A program made the position numbers and the translations under genes. This document shows positions 40,131-53,800 of a stretch of 64,000 nucleotides of DNA, in pieces. Every line of letters begins with the position of its first letter. The first letter of the stretch is position 1. The DNA comes from Eledone cirrhosa (Eukaryota), in NCBI GenBank assembly GCA_964016885.1, contig OZ024740.1, forward strand, positions 179,676,001 through 179,740,000, written 5' to 3'. Under the pieces are notes generated by a model. It saw nothing but the letters and a program-made list of their open reading frames with translations, was not told the origin of the DNA and did not search any database.

Positions 40131-40538
40131 GTTCTTTGAGTCTCAGTCATTGATGTTATTTAACTGGAAAGTTTGTTGAAAGGATATCAAACCAATACCT
40201 GCAGCCTCAGATATTCAGGACGTATCGGAGGGTTCTTGCTGTTCCCAGCAAGCATGCCTTTGGAAGTGTTCCAAAAAACGGGGCGGGACCAATTTTACTT
40301 AACCATCCTTGGAAACTCTTTGAGATAGTACCTAGTGCGCCTATGACAGTCGGGATCACTTTAACTGAATGGCAGTTCCAAATCCTTTTTACCTCCCACT
40401 TCGGTTAATTTTCTCCCTCTCCTTCTCTTGCACTCTCGTGTCGAATGGGCAGGCTACATCCACAATCAGGCACGATCTTTTTCCCTTGTCCAAAACCACC
40501 AGGTCAGGTCTATTGTGTTCCATTTTCTTGTCCGTCTA
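40131..40538 (-). mobile_element. Short 3' fragment of Dong-like family A
   Basis: Matches 24693-25110. Confidence 0.88.
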
Positions 40539-40774
40539 TAATGTGGACAGGACAGGTGCACTTTGGATGTGGCAAGGGGTACGCATCATCATCTTCATCG
40601 TTAATTGCCTATTTTCCATGCCCACCTGGGACACATGCATCTGTCATGCTCTAAGATGATGCTGGTTATAGGGAGAGAGACTTACATGCGATAGATAGAT
40701 AGATATGCCAATTGTCGGGGTGGGGTGTTGACCTCCCACTGTAGGAACACCTGATTATGGGGGTGACCCTGAAG

Positions 40775-40811
<37 letters not shown>

Positions 40812-43800
40812 TGCGACCTACGTAGTAAATCGTATCATCGTGAGCTCCGCAAAGGTTTGTTATTTTCAGTTGTTCAAAATCGCCATTCATGGAAAATTTT
40901 TATTGTTAACTGTATATAAGTGCACATACATTGTTTTTTTAAAAGGATACCCAAAAAGATTGAGGCCTTGTGCCCAAAATTTAAACTTTTATGATTATCA
41001 AAAAATTTCTTTGAAAAAATCATGGCTGATTCACCTCTGCACCAAGAAACTGAGAGCCTTCCTCACAAACTAACACCTCACACCGACACCACCATTGTAA
41101 ATATTACTATGTTTGCCAACACTAAACATTTAAGCAGTAGCAATATTTTAAATTTGTCTCCGGCATACATTCATTTCCCGCCATTACCAATGACTGCAGG
41201 TGTTAAAGCCGCCACCACCACCACCACCACCACGACAACCACCACCCCCACCACCACCGCGACAACAGAAACAAAAGAAAAAAATAAATTAACTCGTGAT
41301 GTCGAAATGAATTCAATCAAAATGAATTCTTCCACACCGAACACCACAGACGCCACCACCACCACAACTGAAACTAAAATTAATAATAACAAAAATAACG
41401 ATAACACACACAGCAACAATGACATTAAGAAAACCACCCTGACTTTTGCCAGAGTAGCAAAACAGTGCGAAGCATTTCAGGTAACTCAGGAGGAATTAGA
41501 AGAAGCCAAAGAAATGGTAGAGAAAGATGGGTACAGGGTCAGCCCCTCCCACCACACACACACACGCACACCTAATAAAATGGAGCATCGGCGCCTATGC
41601 ACCGTGTCTTATCGAACAATTAATATAAAATCGCGACGAGTGGAACGGGCATCCGAGTCCCAAATCAAAAAATCTTTGGGACATGTGTGGGCAAAAAAAC
41701 CCATACATCAGACGTGGGCAGAAGTATGGGACCGTGGACGTGTTCTTTGAAACACCACATGAGGCTAGAGAACACTCCATGACCCCATTAAGAAGTGACG
41801 ACTTCACACTCGTCCCAAGCTATTGTGGCCAGAGACTGGTAAAGATCAGGGTCACCCACGTTCCACCGGCCATGGAAATTCCCTGGCTAATAGCTGCCGT
41901 CCTCGCCGGCATCGAAGCCAACACCAAGATAATCGAAATAGCGAAAGAAAAGCAGGAGAACTGGTCCGGATCTGGGATGGAGCTCCTGATCCAAGCGGAG
42001 CAAAAAGCATTGAGGGATCCCAGAGGTAATAGACCTCACTGACGGCAGCCAGCTGACCGTAATTGTCGAGGGCAGAAGGGCTAGGTTTGTCGTTTGTGGT
42101 GAAGGAACCCACCTAAGTGCTTTCTGCCCTCAGGCTGAAATGTTGAGGCCACCTCTCCTACCCACCACAGTGACTCAAACATCAACACCACCAGCAGCAG
42201 AGATGGCAGCAACAACTGTAGCAGCAACAACAGAAGCAACTGTAACAGCAACAACCCCAGCATCAGTAGCAAAACAAACACCACCACCACCCAACGCGCC
42301 AGAACTAGCACCAGGGCCTATACCCTCCATCCACCACGCCACAACCAAAACCAACGCCTGTGGAGTATTTTCCACTCCCCGGCTTATCGCAGCTGGAGAC
42401 AGATTGTGACGAAGAGGAGTGGGAAACGGTATCAGGAAAAAAGAAAAAAAGAAACCAAAAAAGAAAAAATCTCTTCCTTCCCCTCAAAAAACAAAATACA
42501 GAGGGAAACAAATAAATTATCGAACAAGAAAGTTAAGACAGATATGCCACCATCCACACCAGCATCACCAACCCCATCACCACAAACACCAACACCATCA
42601 CCATCATTAACCCCAACACCACCATCCCCAACACCACAAAAGTCACCAAAAAGCGTAACAGAAACAAACCCACAACAAACGCAAACAAAACAAAACAACC
42701 AAAACGATACACACTACACAGCATTAAATTTGAACAACAACCAATTATTACACTACATCCAACACAACACCAGCATCACAGAAAAAGACTACACAACAAC
42801 CCAAAAGTGCACACCACCTCCACACATACAAATCATTCGCATCACACAGAAAACGTACATGACACAAAAACAAAAATTCCCCAAAGACATCGAAGACTTC
42901 CGACAAGCACTCTCCAGGTGGATTTATAAGGACATCCTTCCTGAGGAGGCCAAAAGCAGTGAAAAGGATGGAGAAACCGTCCTTCCTCTACGAGAAGTAA
43001 GGTAAGTGGTCTTTCCCATCTTTTCCACTCCATTTCAACATGACCTCACTCAGAATAGGCAGCATAAATGCGCGTGGCTTGGGGTGGTCATGGAAGTAAG
43101 GCTACCTGCTCAACGACCTAAGGTCACTAAAAATAGATGTAGTGGCCATCAGCGAGACCAGAATCTCCGAAGCACGGGACTTTTCACCGATCTTCGGCGG
43201 CTACGATGTGTACGCATCTCCCAGCCATCCGGGATCGGGTGGAGGAATTGCTGTGCTTTGTCGGAGAGGTTTGGATCTCGCCATACGGGCCCTCTTCCTG
43301 GACCCAGAAGGTAAGTTGGTGGTGCTGGACGTGACCAGCGGAGACAGGCAAGCTTTCAGGCTAGTGCCTGTCTATGCCCCGACAGGAGCAGCGCGGCCTG
43401 ATTTCTTCCGGCGTCTGGAGACCTTTCTTGGAACGTTCCGCTCTTTAGTGTTAGTGAGCGACTGGAACGGGAAATTAGATGCACGCTGCGACTGTGTGGG
43501 ATTAGCGGATAGGGGAGGAGGGTGCAGAGCCTCACCAACCTTCTTGGGCGTTTTGAACTGTATGAGAGGTACCAATTGGATTTCCCGAATGTGCCAATGT
43601 GGACTTGGACAAATCGCATAGGGTCATCCAGATCATATCTAGATAGAGTATTTTTTATGGAAATAGATAGGTCTAGCATAGGCTGGCCACAATTCAAGAT
43701 AGTCAGCTACACGGACCACAAATTCGTGATCCGTGTGCTTGAATTAGATAGGTTTCATAGACGAGGGACCGGCTACTGGAAGCTAAACGCGTCCTTACCA

Positions 43801-46410
43801 GCGCGCAAGGCCAACAGAGACCGGATTAGCGAACTAGTTAAGCCGGCGTTGACGGGGTCCATCGTCAATAACAAGTGGTGGTTAGCTCTGAAAAGAGCTA
43901 TTAGTATAGAGTCCATTAGGTTTAGTAAGGCTTTAGCAATAGAGAAAAATAGAGCAGAGGCAGAACTAGTTAGAAAATTAGACGAGGCGCTTAGCAAAGG
44001 CATCGCAACCGACGTACTTGCGGCGAAATTGGCCCTTGACCAATTCTTCAATGCAAAGCACGAAGGCTGCGTTGTCAGAGCTAGGGTGCGTGCTCTCAGA
44101 CACGAGAGGAAGAAAGTCGTTCAATGGGCTCGAGTGGCGGAGGCGCATCGTGGCAACAAAGCCACGATCCGGTCTTTGGTGGACCACGACGGGCGCATGC
44201 TACTCGATCCCGGGCAAATGTGTGAAGCTTTTCAGCGACACTTCGCTCAGCTGTTCGGGGGCAGCGGTGGGCCGAGTCGAGCGATGGACTTTAGTATCTC
44301 CCACGACGGACTGCCGCGGCTTTCGGCCACTGAGTCGGAGTGTTGCGAAAAGCTGATAACAGCCGCTGAAATAAGGGAGGCAATGACTGGCTGCACAAGT
44401 GGTAAATCTCCTGGTTTGGATGGTCTGCCCTATGAACTTTACGTACAGATGCCAGACTTGTTCGAAGTCCTCTTGGCGGACGTCTACTGCAACTGGCAAC
44501 AGAACGGGAGAATGTCCAGCTCTGTGAGCCGAGGAGCGGTGGTACTGCTGAGAAAGGATCCGAACAAGGGGGATAATATAGATAATTTCAGGCCCATAAC
44601 TCTGCTAAACACAGCGTTCAAGAGTTTGGCCAAGGTGCTTGCAAAGAGGTTAGCGCTTGTCGTTGGTGGTCTGGTGGGAGAGGCGCAGACATGCGCCATT
44701 CCCGACAGATCCATCCACGACAACCTCCACCTCATGCGATACATCGTAGAGAGAGTAGCTAGGGAACCTGGCACGGGTGGGTCCTTGATCAATTTAGATC
44801 AGTCGAAAGATTTCGATAGGGTCGAGTATCGTTACCTAGCGGCATTCCTGAGGGCGGCTGGCTTTGGGCCCGTCTTCAGAGGCGGGATCGCTGTCATGCA
44901 CAGCGACATCTGCTCAGTGGTGAGAGTGAACGGTCACCTTTCTGAACCGTTCAATATCATGCGCTCGGTCCGCCAAGGATGTCCCCTCTCGTCTCTCTTG
45001 TACGTATTGACTCTCCAGCCATTACTGCACAAACTGGAGACAAAAACTGGGACGAGGTGACGAGCAGAGTGTCTTCTCTCACCAAGAAATGGGCGGAGAG
45101 GAAGCTATCCCTGAAAGGTCGAGCGGAGGTGGCTAACGCGTACATCGCCTCTGTCATCTGCTAACGCCTGACCGTCGTACCTTGTCCTAATCCCGGCCTG
45201 ACTGCGTTGGAGCGTTTGCTATTTCGCTTTTTGCGGAAGGGACGCGCTCCGATGGTCAGGCGGTCCATCTGTTGTCAACTCCCGCTACGTGGAGGGCTGG
45301 GCGTGCCATGGCTGATGACGCACAGACACGCGCTCAGGCTACGACATCTGCACCTCTTCCTCGACGGTGATCAGGTGTGGTCGCCGTTTGCTAGACACGT
45401 ATTTCCCCAGCTCTTCTCCTTGACGGAGCTGCAGTCAAGCGAAGACCGAGAGGGAGCGCCTGGAGACTGGAATGTATTCACGCGCTCATATCCCTCGACC
45501 AATCGGGCAATGTGATAGGTGGAAACTCGGCGTTCTATAGAGGATTAGTGGAGGGGAAGAGCGACGACATACTTGGGGAAACTCTAGGCGTCGACGAAAA
45601 TCAACTAGCCAATCTCTTCGGAAGAACTTTCGGGCCGGGGCCTATGGACAACTTCCAGAAATCTCTGGCTTGGCAGTGCTACCGAGGAGGCTTGCCAGTT
45701 CGGGATAAACTCTACAGGCATGGAGGTGCCGTCAGCCGGGCATGTCCGAGATGCGCGCAGGGCGACGAAACCGTCCTGCATTCTCTCGTCCGGTGTCCGA
45801 AAATTGCTGACTTGTGGGTTTATGTCGACACCTGCTGTCGCTTGAAGGACGGATCCCGCTATCATCTGAGTCCATCGTGAGGATTGCTCCGCCCCCTTCC
45901 TTTAGCCGGGGAGGGCAGGAAGTTTTTATCTGTCTGGTGGCCATGGCGAAAGAGATAGTATGGTGGACACGTATGAAAGGGCTGAAGACGAGCACTTACC
46001 TCTTCGGTGATTCCCTGATTGACTTTTTCAAATTTCATTTGAAAAGGAAAATCAGAGTAGAGAGGGAAGTACTCTCTTCCCAGCATTTTGTTGAAAGATG
46101 GGTGAGAGAAGCAAGAATGGCCCGAGTTAATGGGCCTACTCTGAGTATGTATCTGTAAATTAAAGGTGGAAAACTGTGAGAGGGCACTTGCCTTGGTGGT
46201 CAGGATCACTGTGGCCTTTTACTGGGCTTTCTCCACAAATGTCCCTCGGAAGTCTCCCCCCTATTGGGGAATTTTTCATTGTTATTTTTTTGTTACATCC
46301 TCTGTTTTTGTTTTTTCCACGCAGAAATACCCATTTGTACCGTCCTGTATTGACTTGCACTCTCCTTAATGTCTACTTTATGTAAACCCTGGTGGTTAAT
46401 AAAGAAATCC
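40812..46410 (+). mobile_element. Tx1-like family A, full length, with an internal RT deletion
   Basis: (TTA)n at both ends; ORF1 41022-43005 in pieces; ORF2 43040-46158 in pieces; the YADD region is missing near 45040. Confidence 0.93.
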
Positions 46411-46445
<35 letters not shown>

Positions 46446-46447
<2 letters not shown>

Positions 46448-48871
46448 AGTTGCATTTATCTTGCTTTATGTTCATACGAGTTATCACCAAGTCACAACCA
46501 GTGACCTCAAGAGACAGCAAGGTCCGCCATGTTCAAGGAAGAACATACATACTCACACATGCATCTTTAGTGTTTAGACTTGTGATGTACATATATTGAC
46601 AGAATCTTCCTTAGTATATGGGCAGTTCCCATTAGTACTATCTTTTGTATTTCTCCTATACGCGGGTTTCCTGGGATCTGCGATAAGTAATCATTAGACC
46701 CCTTAGGTATCATTCCCAGAGCGCCTACAACCACTGGTATTGTTTTAGTTCTCAATTTCCACATTTTTCCAATTTCTATCTCCAGGTCCTTATACTTGCT
46801 CAATTTTTCACATGTTTTTATAAATACATTCTTGTCAGACATATCAATTAGCAGGCATACCCTCTTTTTAAAGTCCTTCAATATTATATCCGGTCTATTT
46901 GCATCTATTTTTCGGTCTGTTTGGATGCTAAAGTTCCACAAGATTGAGATGTGATCTTTTTCAAGTATGGGAGGTGGTTGATGCTCCCACCAATTCTTTT
47001 GATGGGGCAGGTCAAAATGCTTACACATTATCCAATGTATGTATTGTGTAGCTCTGTCATGCCTGTTTAGGTATTCGGTTGAAGCTATAGGACTGCACAT
47101 TGAAATTACATGGTCAATTGTCTCTGGTTGTTTTTTGCATACACGGCATAATGTGCTGCATCCATTTTTTATTATGTTGGCTTGGTAATTTTTTGTTGGC
47201 AGACACTGATCTTGTGCTGATATAATCAGTCCTTCAGTCTCCGATTTCAGTCCAGAGAATGCCAACCACTGATGGGTTAAAGTTTTGTCAACATCAGGAT
47301 TGTTAGCTCGCTCTGGGTATTTTCCATACAGAGGCTTTTCTTGCCATTTCTTATCAGTTTCTGTAGCAGTTCTTTCTTTGCAGTTACTTTTACCTGCTTT
47401 GCTTTTTCTGTGTTTTCCATTTCAGCAGTAAATGGGACTTCTGAAATTTGTAGTCCATTACTGTATCTTTGTGCATCTTTTGTAATGGAATATGATCTTT
47501 TGATGCTTTCGTGTTTCAAAACGAGTTTGATCATCTAATCATGTGATTCCCTTAGATATGTAGATAATCCAATCGTTGCAGTTTTCAACGCAATGTCTAA
47601 CTAGATTAACCCACGTCCTCCTTCTTTCCTAGGGAGATATATTCTATCTATATCTGCCTTAGGGTGATGCATTCTGTGCATGGTTAAAAATTTTCGAATT
47701 TTGTTTATCGAGCCTACGGATCTCTGTGCTTGACCAGTTGATGACATTGTAACTGTAGGTTACTACTGGTATGGCAAGCGTGTTTATGGCATCGATCCTA
47801 TTCCTTGCATTCAATTCCGTTCTTAAATTGCTCTTACTCTGCGGTAACATTCCTTCCTTATCCTTTCCCTCATTGTCGAGTGCTTGATTCCGTCTCCTTC
47901 TAGATATTTGTAAGATTTTTCTTGATCAAGTTCTCTTATCACGTTCCCCCGATCAAGATTAATGTCTGAACTCTTCAGCAGCTTTCCTCTGGTGAACGTT
48001 GCTTTGGCGCATTTATCTAGTCCAAACTCCATTTTAATGTCATCACTGAACTGCTCCACAGTGGATAATAGCCCTTGCAATTGTTCATCAATTTTTGCAA
48101 ATAGTTTCAGGTCATCCATGTAGAACAGGTGATTAATGGTTTTGTTATAAACTTTATATCCATGTTTTGTTTCATTGAGCATTTTACTTAATGGTATAAG
48201 TGCGATGCAGAATAAAAGCGGTGATAAAGAGTCACCCTGAAAAATTCCACAATTAATATCAACTTCTCCAACTTCCAGTGATTTTGTTTCACTATTCAAA
48301 AGGAGTGTCGTTTTCCATGTCTTCATACTGAATGACAAAAAACCCCTGACAACGGGGGATATTTTGAAAATCTCTGAACATTTTTCAATCCAACTGTGTG
48401 GAAAACTATCGAATGCTTTTTTATAATCTATCCAAGCAATCGATAGATTTTTGTGTCTATTATGACAATCTTCCAGTATCATTTTGTTAACCAGAAGCTG
48501 ATCCTTACAGCCATATGAGCCTTGTTTACACCCTTTCTGCTCAATGGGAAATAGGTCATTTGTTATCAGGTGATCATATGTGTATTCAGTTAGGACTGAT
48601 GTTAAAATTTTATAATTGTGGTCAAGCAAGTTATCGGTCTGTAATTTTGGGGATTGTTTGTCTCATCATTCTTCGGAAGCAGGAATGTAATGCCGTTAAC
48701 TAGCCATGATGGTATCTTTTCTGGCTTCTTAACTATTTCATTGTAAAGTTGGGCTAACAGCTCATGAGACTCTGTGAAGGCATTTATCCAAAAGTTTTGT
48801 ATTTTGTCTTTTCCTGGGGATTTCCATTTGCTGGTTTTTCTTAGAGCCAAGCGGAACTGTTAAACTGTTAC

Positions 48872-48872
<1 letters not shown>
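46446..48872 (-). mobile_element. 5'-truncated Dong-like family B copy
   Basis: ORFs 47823..48629 (QGDSLSP, FYMDD) and 46567..47265 (CRVC...H...C, RHD, NRPD). Confidence 0.92.
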
Positions 48873-48953
<81 letters not shown>

Positions 48954-48954
48954 T
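48873..48954. repeat. (TTA)n spacer
   Basis: Read directly. Confidence 0.97.
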
Positions 48955-51900
48955 CATATATTTTGATTTATGTTCATACGAGTTATCACCAAGTTACAGC
49001 CAGTGACCTGAAGTAACAACAAAGTTCACTATGTTCAAGAAAGAACACATACAGACATAATATTTTCCTTTAGATGTTTAGACCTGTGATGTATTTATAT
49101 TGACAGATTCTTCCTTAGTATATGCGCAGTTCCCATTAGTACTATCTTTTGTATTTCTTCTATACGCGTGTTTCCTGGGATTTCGGATAAGTAATCATTA
49201 GACCCCTTAGATATTATTCATAGAGCGCCTACAACCCATGGTATTGTTTTAGTTCTCAACATCCACATTTTTCAAATCTTTATCTCCAGGTTTTATACTT
49301 GCTCAATTTTACAAATGTGTTTATAGATACATTCTTGTCTATTCGAACGGACATATCAATTAGCAGGCATACCCTCTTTTTAAAGTCCTTCAGTATCATA
49401 TCAGGTCTTTTATATCAGCTATTATATAGCATCTACCTTTAGATCTTTTTGGATGCTGTAGTTCCACAAGATTGAGATGCGATCTTTTTCAAGTACGGGA
49501 TATGGTTGATGCTCCCACCAATTCTTTTGAAGGGGCAGGTCAAAATGCTTACACATTATCCAATGTATGTTTTGTGCAGCTCTGTCGTGCCTGTTTAGGT
49601 ATTCGGTTGGAGCTATAGGACTGCACACTGAAATTATATGATCAATGGTCTCTGTTTATTCTTTGCATACACGACATAATGGGTTTCATCCATGTTTTAT
49701 GATGTTGGCTTGATAATTTTTCGTTGGCAGACACTGATCTTGTGATGATATAATCAGTCCTTCAGTCTCCAATTTCAGTCCCGAGGATGCTAACCACTGA
49801 TTGGATAAAGTGTTGTCAACATCAGGATTGTTAGCTCTTTCTGGGTAATTTCCATACAGAGGCTTTTCTTGCCATTTCTTAATCAGTTTCTGCAGCAGTT
49901 CTTTCTTTGCAGTTACTTTTAGCAATTTTTCTTTTTCTGTGTTTCTCATTTCAGCAGTAAAGGGAAGCTTTAGAATGTGTAGTTCATTACTGTATCTTTG
50001 TGCATCTTTTGTAATGGAGTATGATCTTTTGATGCTTTCATGCTTCAAAACGAGTTTGACGATTCAAACATGTGATACCCTTAGACATGTAGATAATCCA
50101 ATTTTGCAGTTTGCAAAGAAATATCTAACTGGATTATTCCACATACTCCTTCTTTCCTAGGGAGATATATTCTATCTGTAATTCCCCTGCGGTGATACAG
50201 TCTGTGCATGGTTAAGGATTTTCTAATTTTTATATCGAGCCTACGGATCTCTGTGCTTGACCAGTTGATGACGTTGTAACTGTAGGTTACTACTGGTATG
50301 GCAAGCGTGCTTATGGCATTGATCTTATTCCTTGCATTCAATTCCGTTCTTAAGATTGCTCTTGCTCTGAGGTAACATTCCTTCCTTATCCTATCCCTCA
50401 TTGTCGAGTGACTGATTCCGTCTCCTTCACAAACACTTATATATTTGTAAGTTTCCTCTTGTTCAATTTCTTATCGCATTCCCCCGGTCAAGATTAATGT
50501 CTGAACTTCTCAGCAGCTTTCCTCTGGTGAACGTTGCTTTGGCGCATTTATCTAGTCCAAACACCTTTTTAATATCATCACTGAACTGCTTCACAGTGGA
50601 AAAAAGCTCTAGCAATTGCTCATCATATTTTGCAAATAGCTTCAGGTCATCCATGTAGAACAAGTGATTAATGTTTTTGTCATAGCCTTTATAGTCATGT
50701 TTTGTTTCATTGAGCATTTTACTTAATGGTATAAGTGCGATGCAGAATAAAAGCGGTGATAAAGAGTCACCCTGAAAAATTCCACAATTAATATTAACTT
50801 CTCCAGCGTCCAGTTATTCTTTTTCACCATTCAAAAGGAGTGTCGTTTTCCTTGTCTTCATACTGAATGAGAGGAACCTCCTGACAACGGGAGATATTTT
50901 GAAAATCTCTAAACACTTTTCAATCCAACTGTGTGGCAAACTATCGAATGCTTTTTTTTGTAATCTATCCAAGCAATTGATAGATTTTTGTGTCTATCAT
51001 GACAATCTTCCAGTATCATTTTGTTAACCAAAAGCTGATCCTTACAGCCATATAAGCCTCGTTTACACCCTTTCTGCTCAGTGGGAAATAGATCATTTGT
51101 TATCAGGTGATCATATTTATATTCAGTTAGGACTGATGTTAATATTTTATACATTGTGGTTAAGAAAGTTATCGGTTTGTAATTCTTTATTTCTCTCATC
51201 ATTCTTCGGAAGTAGGAATGTAATGCCATTAACTAGCCATGATGGTATCTTTTCTGGCTTCTTAACCATTTCATTGTAAAATAGCTCACGAGACTCTGTG
51301 TAGGAATTTATCCAAATGTTTTGTATTTTGTCTTTCCCTGGGGATTTCTATTTGCTGGATTTTCTAACAGCAAAACGCAGATGTTCAACTTATATATTTT
51401 CCCATCTTTGTTCCTCCAGATGAGCTGTATCTTTCATTTGTTTGTCTATCCATAGGGCATGTATATTATGAACTTTTTCGGCCCAGATCTTTTCCCAGAA
51501 TCTTGCCCTTCCTCCTTGGGTGGTATTGATTTAACAGTTATTGTTGACTTGCCAATTTTTCTGTAAAATTATTTTTGTTTTTTTTAAACATATTATTTTC
51601 CTTATAGAATCTAGATCGTTTTTCAAAGCACCTTACACGAGTAGTTTTGACCGACATTTTTCATCATGTCTATGTCGCTTGTTGATCTTATATTGTATTT
51701 TCTTTTCAATTTTCTGACTTTAGTCTGTTTTACATGTTCACCTACATTGTAGTTTGCTAATATTTCTATGTCAGAACCGAGAATGTTTATTTGACGATTT
51801 TCTCTTTCCACGTAGGGTTTTTGTTGCCATTCCTTTGTTTTTTTCATTTTCACTCCTCATATGTGAGTGGTGACTTTAGCCGATGCATAATAGAGATGAT

Positions 51901-53649
51901 TTAGATGTTTACTTTATTTGTGATGCTTTGGTTTTGTTTGGAGTTCTGGATCCGAGGAGAATCCATGTCAGATTCTTTCATTTTCATCCATTCGATCATA
52001 ATTTCATTCTTCAAATAGGCGAGTTCATTCACATTCATTTCCTTATCATTGATGACCTCATTGTTTTCATTTTGAGTTTGATCTTGAACATGAACTCCTT
52101 CCAATTTGTCGATCCTTTCTTTAATTTATTCTAGTGTCAGTGATTCCGCACCGACCCTGGGATTTAAGGTGTTCCAATTTACTTTGTTTTCACTGACACA
52201 TGTTTCATTTTTCCCTTCGCTGACTTTGTGCTAATAGCTTGATCTGATCAATTTCTATTTTAGTTAGTAACTTCTTCTTAGCAATGTTTCTTCCTATAGT
52301 AGCTAGTTTGTTACTGTCAATATAGTCTCTGTTTTCAGGATGTTTCTTTTTCCAGTTAATATATGTCTGTTCTGTATTCTTTCTATTTGATTGGTAGTAC
52401 ATGGCAATGTAGAGAGCCTCAAGGACTTTATTATTGTCTTCTCTTGACCATTTTTCTGTCTTTTTCTTAGGATTTCTTGGTGGTGAGCATGGAGGGCCAT
52501 CAGTAGGAGTATTGCGGTTATGGGAGGTCTCCAGCTCCGAATTGATGTGAAGGTTTGAACCATTAGCTGATTCTTCGACCCCTGTCTGGTTACTCTCTGA
52601 GGGACGCGGTCCTTTTTGATCCGGGTGACGGCCGATCCGGTATGAGTTTTTATCATTTGACATTGGATTTATTTTGTTGCGTTTTAAGTGTCGTCCTCCT
52701 CTTAAGGCAGGGCTATTCCCCACCGGTCGCCATCACGGTATTTCTTGGTCACGGTTTGTTTTGTTTTTTTAAATTGTTATTATTATAAGTGATTCCTTAG
52801 TGTGAGCCCTGCCTGGCTAAGAAAGAAATTATTAATACAATATACTTGTGGATTTGTTGAAAATGCCTTTGTTGTTGTTGTTGGCTATGCCCGTGGCGCT
52901 GAGGCTTTTTCCGGAGGTAGGATGGGGGAGTTATATTGTTGATGGGGGACTTCAGTGCCATTGTAGCTTTTAATGTTGAGATGTTAAACATTTTCTTTTG
53001 ACCGAGTCACTAAGACAGTCTATTTATATCTTTTGGTAGTTTCTTCCTTTCTAGTCTAGTGTTACTGCTACCTTCCCTCTCCTTCTCATAAAATTTTATG
53101 TCAACTTTTATTAAGTTAACAGAAGATAGCGGAGGAATAGTGATGGGAGCAATGATGGAGTGGTGGCGGTGGTGATGGGGTAGGGATTCCGTAGTGATGG
53201 CGTTGTTGTTTGGTTTGATCTTCCTACATTTCCAATGTATTGTGTTTGTTTGATATTTTTGTTAGCAGTAGCTATGTCGTAGCTATATTTAATATACATG
53301 TTGACATATTTCATTAATATTTGAACTAAGCATTTTGAGAAAACGTGAGCTACAATAATAATAATTATTATTCTGCTGGGATTGGTGGTGGTGGTGGTGG
53401 TGGTAAATTTGCTGTTATTTGTCTGTTGTATTTGTAACCATTTTCGTTTTTGAATATAACATTTCTAATACAAAATTAAATATTTGAGCCATATGCCTGG
53501 GAGTTATGGGTTCTCACTTCCTGTGAGCTAAGGCAGGTGCATTATGTCCCATTTATAATAAGACTTATTCTATCACAATTCTTTTAAATATGTAAAGAAT
53601 CAAACACTTACGGGAGCTATTCCATAATACTCTATCCACCACGTGCCGC
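48955..53649 (-). mobile_element. Full-length decayed Dong-like family B copy
   Basis: N-terminus 52205..52723 (KWSREDN...TYINWKK...DSNKLA), RT/RLE fragments 49100-51400, 5' UTR abutting (TTC)n. Confidence 0.88.
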
Positions 53650-53800
53650 TTCTTCTTCTTCTTCTTCTTCTTCTTCTTCTTCTTCTTCTTCTTCTTCTTC
53701 TTCTTCTTCTTCTCCTTCTTCTTCTTCTTCTTCTTCTTCTTCTTCTTCTTCTTCTTCTTCTTCTTCTCCTTCTTCTTCTTCTTCTTCTTCTTCTTCTTCT
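53649..53800. repeat. (TTC)n spacer
   Basis: Read directly. Confidence 0.97.
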
